Part shown: piece after piece, positions 10,580 to 21,193 of the stretch
How the letters are laid out: every line of letters starts with the position of its first letter
How positions within the stretch are numbered: position 1 is the stretch's first letter
Assembly: GCA_001724265.1 (NCBI GenBank)
Contig: MEDY01000134.1
Location: 1-64,000 of the forward strand
Length of the DNA stretch: 64,000 bases
DNA from: Rhizaria sp. SCN 62-66
Lineage: Eukaryota
Direction of reading: 5' to 3'
The notes under the pieces: generated by a model
Seen by the model: the letters and a program-made list of their open reading frames with translations, nothing else
Database searches by the model: none
Told to the model about the DNA's origin: nothing
Position numbers and translations under genes: made by a program

Positions 10580-11512
10580 TTAACACGCATTAAGAACATG
10601 TGCGGCTGACACAACGCCACCAGCGCCAAACGTAATCTTAAGCCCTAGCTTGCTGAGTTTGCTCTTGGCATCCGCGTGGCCACGACTTGCCGCCGCCCTG
10701 TACAGCTCAACAGCGGTTTCTGTGTCCTTCTTCACACCTTTTCCGCCCTCATAGAGCGTACCCAAGAAGAACATCGCCTCTGTCTCACCCGCCTTCGCCG
10801 CCTTCACGAGCATGTCGACTGCGGTCTTCGAGGAGGAGGGCAACTCCAGTTCACCACCCGATGCAAAGCTGTTAAAGACGTTTTGTTTGCGCTCCGTCTC
10901 TGCGTACAACACAGCGCCACGCACTTCGCCAGCTTCGAAGGCACGCTTGTACCACTGCATAGCAGTCTTGAACTCATTGATCCGGACGTAGAAGTTAGCA
11001 AGGTTGATCATCCCCGCTTCGTCGCCAGCGTTGGCTGACTTCTCGTACCAGTAGATAGCCTGGCTTGGATCGCCCTTGACGCCGTCTGCGTTCGAGTAGC
11101 AATAGCCGACCGGACAGTACGCCTCCGTGCATCCGGCTTGTGCTGCGGTGAGATACCACTTGAAGGCCTCCTCAGCGTTGTGTTCCAGACCTAGATCGCC
11201 ACGGTCATGCAATTGTGCGAGGTACATCATACAGCTTTGGTTGCCTCGGTCCGCAGCTTTGGTGAGCCACTTGACACAATCGGGCCCATAACGCTCCTCG
11301 TCGACATTTTTGGAAAGAAACTGGAAGACTGCCGCTGCACCACGTGCTGCGTCATTGTGACCCGCTTCGTGCGCGCGCGAAAACCATGTCACAGCCTCCA
11401 TTTGCCGCTCAATGGCCTCTGATGACGTGCCTGGAGCCTTTTTGACCAACCGTAGACCCATCAAGAAGAAGGTTTGACCAGGCTGCTCCTCTGCTGATCC
11501 GCACGCTCCCAT
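10580..11512 (-). CDS. Sel1-like repeat protein with predicted N-myristoylation/palmitoylation
   Basis: Repeated SLR motifs (AFKWYLTAAQAG, AIYWYEKSANAG, AMFFLGTLYEGGKGVKKDTETAVELYRAAASRG). N-terminus MGACGS has Gly2, Cys4 and Ser6. Confidence 0.9.
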   Translation of the reverse strand: MGACGSAEEQPGQTFFLMGLRLVKKAPGTSSEAIERQMEAVTWFSRAHEAGHNDAARGAAAVFQFLSKNVDEERYGPDCVKWLTKAADRGNQSCMMYLAQLHDRGDLGLEHNAEEAFKWYLTAAQAGCTEAYCPVGYCYSNADGVKGDPSQAIYWYEKSANAGDEAGMINLANFYVRINEFKTAMQWYKRAFEAGEVRGAVLYAETERKQNVFNSFASGGELELPSSSKTAVDMLVKAAKAGETEAMFFLGTLYEGGKGVKKDTETAVELYRAAASRGHADAKSKLSKLGLKITFGAGGVVSAAHVLNAC

Positions 11513-11697
11513 CTGTTAATTGGACTGAAAGGAGATTGGAGTTGGTCGTAGTGAAATCACAGTACATTGCACAAAACAATAAAAATGATGATAAGTGAGC
11601 TTTTGGTCTTGTGGCGTGCGACAACTCGTCAGCCGTTCCAACCAGAAGCTGGATCGTCGCCATCGCGACCAGTGTAGGTAGGTGGTAAAAAGTGGCT

Positions 11698-11856
11698 TCC
11701 TATTGATCGATACTCACCAGTATATGTTATCTACTCGCTCTCTCGGCTCTCATGTATGCAAACATGTTTTAAGTAACACTCTATGCAATAGAAAGCATTC
11801 CTTTTGATCGATACCCACCAGTATATGATGTCATCTACTCGCCCTCTCGGCTCTCA
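11698..11856. repeat. Imperfect direct duplication of about 55 bp
   Basis: ttgatcgatactcaccagtatatgttatctactcgctctctcggctctca near 11703-11752 recurs as ttgatcgatacccaccagtatatgatgtcatctactcgccctctcggctctca near 11804-11856. Confidence 0.9.
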
Positions 11857-13289
11857 GCCCCTTGCCCCTTACCTCTCTTTGACCATGGCCAGGGTGAGGG
11901 TGAACTTTACCATCTTTGATATTTTGAGAACCCTGGCAGAGGGGGCGGGGCAGGTGGTGTCGACGTGTGCGCAACTTGTACAATGTGAGATTGCTAACAC
12001 CATGTGCGCATAACAATGACGTCGATTACATGTGATGAACGTGTTTATGGATTGAATAGATGTATAGTGAAGATCGCGGGAATTATTATAATATGACAAC
12101 GATGTGGTGTGGAATGTAGTGAACACTCGGCTTTGACAGAACGAAGTGGCAGTGGACAATGGCTGTATTGGAGGGAAATAAAAACTAAGTTTGTACTTTC
12201 CAAGAATTTTGGTTAGAGTGTTACAGGGCAAATCGTGACCCTCCCGTGATTGTGAGAAGAAAAAAAAGGTTGCGTTTATACATCTCATTTAGTTAGTTAA
12301 GCTTTAGTTAAAATTTGTATTGCACTGTGGATCGAAAAAGATCTTAACTTCAATAAACTTACAAAAAAAACGAGTTATGAAGTACAATACTGCATCGTGG
12401 ACCACGCGGTCAGGGCGTGCACCACCGGGCTACTCTCCCGAAACGCCGAGTCACCCATCTTCATAGTCTGTAGAACTATTACTCGGATAGGGATAAGAGA
12501 AAAAATAATGACAAAAAAGAAACTGTGTTGCTTGGCTGGCAAGTGAGAAGAATGCCGTTCGTACGAACAGTGCGTACGAAGGGGGTTATGCTGTGTTTGT
12601 GCTATATGTAAGGTAATCGTGGTTGCTACTCTTTGTGAGGTGTTATTGTTGATTGTTGTGTGTCAGCGCGTGACTGTGCGCGTCCGTGTTGTTGCGCGTC
12701 CGTGGTGTCATTTTGTAGTCTGTTGTTGTTACGCTGTTATTCTGTTGCCAGCGTGTTGGTCAAGAGGTGGCGCGATTGTAGAGTCGATTTTTGTGGTTTG
12801 CTGTTGGTGTGCTCTATCTGATGTTGTAGGTTCTGTCAGCGTGTGACCATGGTGATCGAGCGCGCATGATTTGTTTGTTGTCATTTTGTCGATTGCTGTT
12901 GTTTTGACGCCGTAGTTTTTTTGTTGTTGGTGTCGTTGTTTTCGGTGTGTTGGAGCTCGTGTGAATGAAGTGGCGCGTTTGTGTAATTATTGTCGTTTGT
13001 TGTTGGGGGTTTTCAACGCTGTTGTTGTCAAATATTCGTTCTTATGCTATCGATGTTGAAGTAAGCTTGTGGAATGATTGTGGCAATTTGTGTGTGAGTT
13101 TTTGTAGTTTCACTCGATCCCACCGGCCGTGACATCACGCCAGGAGTTGCTCCTCCCACCGTCGATTCGACAACAGCGGTTGCGACAACGCTGTGAAGAA
13201 GATAGCAACGACGTTTTGTTGCCGTCACGAGTCTTATTTCATTGACGCAGAATAACGATGTTATAATCGTGTCGGTTCAGCCCGAATCA

Positions 13290-16200
13290 TTACCAGAACG
13301 AAGGCTTGAGCAGCTTATCAAGTCGCGCCATGGCTCCGGGATGCTTTTCGCAGATTCGCGAAAGAATCGAGATCGCCTTGTCCTTGTCCTTCTTCACACC
13401 GAGGCCGTCGGCATAGCACAGTCCGGCCTGGTAATGCGCCTCAGTCCAGTCGGGCATCGTCTCAGCAGTGCGCAAAATCAGCTCTGCGGCGCGATTCTTG
13501 TTCGTGGAAACGCCAATGCCGCGCATGTAGCACTGCGCCAGCGCCATTGCGCCTTCAGGTACGCCCTTTTCATTTGCTTGCCATGCCAGCTTAAACGCTC
13601 GCACCTTATCCTTGATGAAGCCGTACTTGCCTTCCATTGTGAGCATCGCGACTTTGGCCATTGCGCGTCCCGAGCCGTTTTCGACGGCGGTGGTCCACCA
13701 CCACATCGCGGCGTTGATACGCTCACGGCTTTCGCACTCATTGCCCAAAAGGAACTGTGCATCCACAATGCCGATTTCTGCTGCAGTCTGCAAATGCTCG
13801 AACGAACTCTTCTTCTCACCATAGTACGCTTGCGCAGGTCCATACGGAATTGCGCAGCTGCCTGCTTTAAGCTTAAGCATACGTCCACCCTGTTCGTCAA
13901 TTTGCAGCCCAAAACGTCCCAGTTCGCGGGCGCAGCCAAGCTCGAACATTGCTGCAGCGTCACCATCATCGGCGCCTTGCTGCAGCCGCTCGGTCAAGTT
14001 ACGAGCGCGCTCGTCGTGTTCCATCATCTCACCACAATTAAGACGCAGCGCGGCTAACGCGGCCAGCGCGCCACTGGCTTTGACGTAACCTGACACTTGC
14101 GCCCGTTGCAGCCACATCTCGGCCTCATAGAACTCAGTACCGCGCGCCATAAGCCACAGGGCGCACTCGTACGCACCTTGTGCGCACATCGCCGCCAGTT
14201 GACGCATCAAGGCAAGCGCGCGAGCCATGTTGTACATGTCCCAGTGGCCAGTGCTGTAGATGCGCACGTGCAGACGCAGTGCATCAAGAGAACCTCCGGC
14301 AGCCGCTTTTGCAAATAAACTCGCAGCGTTTGCACCCGAATGCTTCGAATAAGCACCGCCAAAAAAGCGTTTGCCATCGTTGTAAGCATCAATGGCAACT
14401 GATGTCGGTACCGGGTTATCCAGTGGCAGCTTGGCAATTTTATGGGGCTTCGACGCAGCTGAAGGTCGTGATGGCTTCGGCGGCGGGAGGCGCAGCGGCG
14501 CAGCCCCAGAAAAGGGGTTATCTGTCTCATACGGCGGTGGCGGTGGTGGCGGAGATTCATCTTTGCCATCTTGTTGTGGCGGCAGCGGCAAAGAGTCGCC
14601 CCAGGCGCCGCTCCCAGAGGGTGGTATCTGCGGCAACGGCATAATGGGGCGCGGCGACGCAGGACGGCGATGTGATGGCACAGCAGGCACGCCGAGCAAG
14701 ACTGCCGGTGCAGCAGGCACAGCTGCTGCGGACGCGGATTGGCTGATGATATCGAGCATCAGCGCGCGGACACTACTCTCGTCGCTTGGTAGATCCTCAA
14801 GTCGTTCCATAACTTTGTCAGCTGAAGGGCGAGACTTCCGGTCAGCAGCCCAGCAGTCAGCGATCAGGCTGAGCATTGCCGGCGACGGCTCTGTTCCAGA
14901 CAGCAGCGAGGGGAGCCCGTCGTCGTCGCCGTCGTAGTCGCTTAGGTCCAGCGAAGGGCGCGAGCCACTTGTCACCACTTCTTTGATCTGCGCGTTATTC
15001 ATCCTTTTGAATGGCGCGACACCGAACGCGATTTCGTACAGCGTAATTCCGAGTGCGTACACGTCCGACCGTGAGTTGTGGCCCAAACCGTTCATGAGGA
15101 GCTCTGGAGCAAGCCAAGCTGTTGTGCCTGATACGGAGTCTGTGTGCATAAAGACACAATAAAACGTATACGTACACACGAACAAATAATGAATTAGTTG
15201 AAACTAATGTTAGACGGCAACACGTCAACGCAATTCAAACAATGAACAAAAAAACAAACAACTTAAGCAACGATGTAACGCTACAAAGGAAGTACATGCA
15301 CAACATAATCAAAGGACATTGCAAACGAAAGATACGTACGATTACTTGAGCCAGTGGCAACCGACATGCTTTGCAGTGTTGACTGCAGACGCGAGTTGCC
15401 AAAGTCGGAGACCTTGACTACGGCGGTGGAGCCATGTCCCGCAACGTTCCAGAGAAAATTGAGTGGCTTGATGTCACCGTGTACAATATTTTTCTCTTTG
15501 AGAAACTGCACGGCGCAGGTCACCTGCCGCGCCAGCCACACGCGGCCCGCAGTAGGAACAAAACGATAGCCCTTGTGACCAAGCACGATGTTGAGAGAGC
15601 CAGCGAAGAGCTCCATCACGATGGCCATCCTGCCGCCCCTGCCGCCGCCAAAGGCGGTGTTGCCGGTAAATGGCGTGACAGTGAGACCACGGCAGCGCAC
15701 AACGTACGGAGACCGCAGGTTATAATGCACTTTAAGTTCTTCCATCACCTCATGATCGTGTTGCAGCGCATCAGCATTGGCGTCAAGCACTTTGAGCGCT
15801 ACTGCAACAGGCTCAGCAGACCCATCTGTGGGGGCGTACAGTGCGCGGTACACGCTTGCATAGCCACCGCGTCCGATAAAGCCCGCGCCGTGAAAGTCAT
15901 CGTACTGCAGCGTTGGGATATCTAATGGCTGCGATTTGCGCGTATCAGCCACGGGGATCGCAGCCACGGGTGAACTAACGGTATTGCCCACAAAAGTCAC
16001 AATCGAGAGAACTATTGTGTCTTTGATTTCTGCAAGACGCTTATGTAAAGTTTCAAATGTCTCCTTGATACCACTTGATAACACGATCCGGACAAGTGCA
16101 TTGCGCTTCTCTGTTTTAGTTAAGTAATCCTGACAGTCGCTTAGCACCTCTAGAAGATGTTCCAAAGCCATCCGATTGTTCTCAACAAGAGGCTTTTTCA

Positions 16201-16663
16201 TACCGTTGATGATAGCTACAAAATAGAAATAAACATGTGGCTGAACATGTGAGTTAGCGTTGTGCTCAGTGACTTTTTTATCGTTGAAATGCTAGCATTC
16301 TAGCGCAACACCAACAAGCATAATCAAAAACGACACGCAGAAACTGAATCGGGGGCGCAGGCTGAAATTGTTGAGCAGCTGTACAGAGCAGCTGTACACA
16401 CACTCTGTGTTGCGGGACTCGTCGAGTGTGCGTCGTGACAAACGCAACCGTCACAGCTTGCACACAGCTGGAAAGAAGCGGCCATCATACTGCCAACGGT
16501 GTCGTGTTGTTGTCATTACCTTGTACTCTCTATGAACACACGTACCCATGATGATTTTCACATCATTTCTCAAGGCGATGGCCTCCTCAGAATTACTCCG
16601 CTCGGTTTGCACAGCGTCATAGATGCGTTTTGCAACGTCAAAGGCCTTAATGAGCAAATCCAT
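13290..16663 (-). CDS. MLKL-like N-terminal four-helix domain + TKL kinase + Pro-rich linker + Sel1-like repeats (947 aa); exons 16663-16546, 16215-15340, 15139-13290
   Basis: Two phase-1 GTACGT introns restore one 2844-nt frame. Kinase motifs: GRGGYASV, VALK, HGDIKPLN, SDFG, GTTAWLAPE, SDVYALG. SLR motifs in the C-terminus. The N-terminal about 110 aa follow the MLKL_NTD-type pattern. Confidence 0.9.
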
Positions 16664-17284
16664 GCTGACTTACACACGTACGCGGTGGCTGCAGCGTGTA
16701 CCACGCGGTATTTGTTGTGGGATATTCGAAGAGACTGCGGCTGCTGGGTGGTAGAGGTTGCTGTGAGGATGGCAACGTTCGAATTTGACGAATTGTGAGC
16801 TAAAAGTACATTATCATAGTACACCATCTTCCAATCATAAATGAATCTGGTAATTTGGTGTGTGAGAAGATCTGTTACGACGAAATCAGCCGCCACTCCT
16901 GTGGTATTATTCCTCTCAAAGCGGATGTAGACCAGCGACTGCAGAGCCACGATGGTCATACTAGTAGCCCAAAAAGAAGAGGACACAAAGAGTCGAAGTT
17001 CGAGAAGAGAGCAAATGAATCCAGCAACAACAAAAAAATCAAAAAGACACCGGGCAAATAAAATGGGGCCAAACGACTGATGCTGCGTTGCTGGTCACGC
17101 ACTTCGAGGTGGCCATGGTACAGAGACACTGGCCAGAAGGTGCCTGACCAGGGGCAAGGGGGTCTGCCGGCCGCTAAGGAGGGTGATCTTGCTCAGACTG
17201 CGTCTCGCTCAAACGTCCGTCCTTTGATATACAACATTAAAAACAGACGTATATAGTGGGAGTTCGCTTAATTCTCTTTTTACA

Positions 17285-20200
17285 ATGGCCTTTGTTGCCG
17301 CCGTCCTTGACAAGGCCGATGAACTGTACGTCCCCCCGCCCGTTACAAACTCCCTCGCTGCCCCACTGCTTTATTCCCTCCTGATACAGCCATCTCACTT
17401 CTGCCTTGCTTTATCTTCTTCTGGGCGAGTAGATGCTCCAACGGCCTTAACTATCTCGCCGCGCTCCGCGTCGAGGAAGCCATGACGTGCTTCTCCCGCG
17501 CTATCTACCTCCAGCCCAACGGTACGACACTCGCGAACAACTCATCTTTTCAGCACACTCTCTATATCACACCCAAGTCTTTTCTACGCATTGTATATCT
17601 CACTTTGTTTATGTCTGTGTCTATTCGTGTTTCTTTTTGTTTCTGCAGTCGCGGTATTCCACGCCTACCGCGGCGACTGCTGCCTCGCCCTCTGCGACCT
17701 CACAGGCGCACTCGCCTCCTATCGCAAGGCCCTGCGCCTCACGCCGCACGACACCACAACAACCACGACCACGCAGGGCGCGGGCGGGCCGCAGCTGCTG
17801 TTGCTGTCGCAGCGCGCGCTGCTGGCAGAACGATTCACGAGGCTGTTGCTGTGTCTGGCGCGGCTGCACATAGCCGAGGGCGCCCTGCCAGCTGCCCAGG
17901 TACGACTGGACAAACCAAGACGAATTTCCTTAAATATGCACTATTTTAGAGTATAACTTTGCATTATCGTTTGTTTTAATTATAATTATGTACTCATGCT
18001 AAATTTAACGTGGAATTCATAAATATACCGCTCTGTATCATTCACTTAATGCGTTTGTCTCATGTTTGCTCGCATCGCTTAACTTGTTTGCTTCTGCTCT
18101 CGCCAGGCGTCCCTGGCCGAGGCTCAGGCGCTCGCCCCGTGGGACCCGTTGCTGTGGGTGCACCGCACGGCCGTGTTCCTCGCCGCGCGCCAGTGGCGGG
18201 GCGCCGCGGCGCAGCTGGGCGCTGTGCTGGAGCCCGCCGCCGCCGCGGGGGCCGGGGACGCGATCGAGGCGGCGCTGGCAGAGTCGGCTGAGATCGCAAA
18301 CAACAGCAACAACACCGACAACAATTGTGGTTATGGTGAGTATAGTGTTGCTAACATGCCGCCGCCGCAATCTCCTGCGCTTTTGCGCGCATTGAGCCTC
18401 GCGCGCGTCCCCGTGTCACAACTACAACCTGAAGCTTCAACTGCTGCTCACGGCCAGTCTGTTGCTGTGACAGGGCCGCAGTATGGTCCGATGCCGGCAG
18501 TCAGTTTGATGGATGGGCCATGGGTTGCCTTGCCCTTCCAACAGCAGCAGCAGCAAATGAGCCCTCGGTCCCATCAGGGACCTCAACCGTCACAGTCCTC
18601 AACCTCCTCTCAATCACAGTCACATTTCACTCAGTCTCCACAGCACCAGCAGCAGCAGCAGCAGCAGTGCGTGCTGGCCCGCGCCGTGCCGACCGTGGCG
18701 TCCTCATGGGCGACGCCGCAGACCGCAGTCGAGGCGGCCCACGCGGCGACCGACTGGCTCAACCACCGGTTCGCGGTGCATCTCCCACGCTGGCTGCTTC
18801 TGGCCGCGGTTGAGGTCGCTCTCGACGACGGGGACGCCTCCGTGAACGGCGCGAGCGACAGCAGCGCCACCGGTATGTTTGGCGGTGACTATCCGAACCG
18901 AGGAGCTGGTGGCAGCGGTGGAGGAGGATCGCGGTGTGTGATGTTGGTGCCAGTGCCGCTGTTTTTGGAGGCGGTTCTTCTCCGCGCGCGCACTCGCCTC
19001 GCGCTAGACGAGCTTGCCCTGGCGCGCGACGACCTCGCACTTGCCCACGCGGCGCTGCCGACGCTGCCCGAGGTCGCCGAGCTGACTGGCGCGCTCTCGT
19101 CCGCCGCGGGCGCGCTGGCGCTGCGAGCGCGCGCGCACATCATGGTGCGCGCGCCAGAGGCAGCGATCGCGGAGCTGACCCATGCTCTGGTGTTGTGTCC
19201 GCGCGATGTTAGGCTGCTGCACCTGCGCGCCACCGCGCGGAAGCAAATGGTACGAGACTCTCAACAGAAAACACAAACAAACGATTAACTTAATATTGTT
19301 TGCTATTGACTACAATCGAAGTAAGATGACCTTTAACGGAGTTGTATGAACTAGTCTAAGAACTGCATTGGATTTGTACAACTCTGGCTATTTGTTTCTC
19401 ATTTATTTCTTGCTTGACTTGTTTTGCTTCATGATTAAAAACAGGGCGATTTGCCTGGCGCACTGGAGGATCTGCAGGCTGCGCTTCTGCTGTTCGCCGA
19501 AGCGCGCGCCGCCGACGAGGCCCGCTACCGCGACGCCGTCACCCAGCACGCCGAGCAGCGCGCGCGGCTGTCGCTGCAGCGCACCGCGGCGCGCGCCGCC
19601 GCCGGTGGGTCCGCGGACCCCGGGTCAACGTTTCTCACCGGTCTCGCTGATAATGAAAACAACGACAACGGGGCTGAGGGCGAGGAGGCAGAACGGTTAC
19701 TTGAAGTGCCGGATCCAGCGCTCTTTTCGACGGCGCCGACGGACGTGCTGCCGGCGCTGCAGCGGCTGCTGGCGGCGTCTCTGGCGGCCATGGGCGACGC
19801 GATGCGCGCGAAACTGCCGCGCATTGCGCCCGCGCCGCTGATCAATGCCAACGCCGCGACGGCACACAGTAGCGCGAAGCACGGCAAGACTATGGTGGGC
19901 CGCGGCAGCTCTGGCGCCGCTGCTCCCGGGTTCACCCTGTCTAGCGCTACGATAACAACGACTCCAACGACGATGACGGTCGCCCGTGGCAGCTCTCGGA
20001 TCGGGCGAAACGCGAACTCTCCAGCTGTGGCAGCGCAGGCCAAGGCCGAGGCCGAGGGCGCGTCGTGGACCGCCGTTCTCGCGCTCTACGCGCGCGCGGC
20101 CGAGCTGGAGCCCGCGCTGGCGAGCCACTGGGTGCGCCGCGGCGACGCGCACGCCGACGCCGGCAGTCTGGAGCTTGCACTGGCTGACTACGAGCAGGCC

Positions 20201-20727
20201 GCGGTCTGCGAGGTACGTTAAGTCGAAACGGCAATAACAATATGGGACAATATAGTTATGCAACGCATGATGAGTACCTGTATCGCAAAATAATCTCATG
20301 CTTAACTAAATCTTTTTTGTTTCCTCTTTAATCTTTGTTCATTTTTGTTATTACGTCATCACGCGCATTAATATAGCGGGAAGATAGTTTCTCCTCCGGC
20401 GCCTCAGTGCGGCCGTTGACCAACGCCCCGTGGGCGCCCTCCACGGCCCTGCGCGCGCGCCTGGCGCGCGTGCGCGGCGAAGTGGCCCGTGCGCTGTTTA
20501 ACGGCGGCCGTCTTGCCGAAGCCGAGGCCGAGCTCACGCGGGCGCTGGCGGCGGCTCCTGGGTTCGCTGCGCTGTACATCCAGCGCTCGCTTGTGCGCGA
20601 GCGGTTGACGATGCTCGTGGGCGCAATCAAGGACGCACAGATGGCCGCGCAGCTCGCGCCGGGAGACGCTGTGGCGAAGCAGAGGCTGGCGCTGTTGGCT
20701 GCCAAGTACGGCCGCGCAGTCGCGTGA
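17285..20727 (+). CDS. TPR-repeat protein, TTC16-like; exons 17285-17325, 17433-17521, 17649-17899, 18107-19249, 19445-20212, 20377-20727
   Basis: Five GTACG...AG introns give a continuous frame. The N-terminus EEAMTCFSRAIYLQPNVAVFHAYRGDCCLALCDLTGALASYRKAL resembles TTC16, and further TPR motifs occur throughout. Confidence 0.8.
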
Positions 20728-21193
20728 GCCACTTTGAGTCACGTGTTACTCTGTGCAAAGAGTTTCATCGCTAGTCATGAATCGTTGTCTTTTTGTGTGT
20801 TGTGTTGTTTTCATCTTTAATCTGTTAATAAAAACCGTAATACTATTATTTTCATACAAGACTCTATTGGATTTTTGTTTTGCCTGCCGTTGGTCAACGG
20901 TTTTCTCAAAGAATTTTTCAGGGTCGTAACCAGTGTCATTGAGCATGATTGTCCCGTTGAGAACTTGGAATCGTACTCGTTTGTACTGTATTGATTGATG
21001 ATTCGTCTATGTAACTAAAGTCCACTTAGCTTCTACACTCAGTTAACGTGGCTTGCTGGCCCCCTTGTACGTACAAACAACGCCTGAAATCAGTGACTAA
21101 TAACACGGTCAGCGTAAACACTTTAAGAACCCAAACAATGGATACTTAAATTGCACACTTGACGAAACTTACACCGCAGCACAGACAGTTCGC

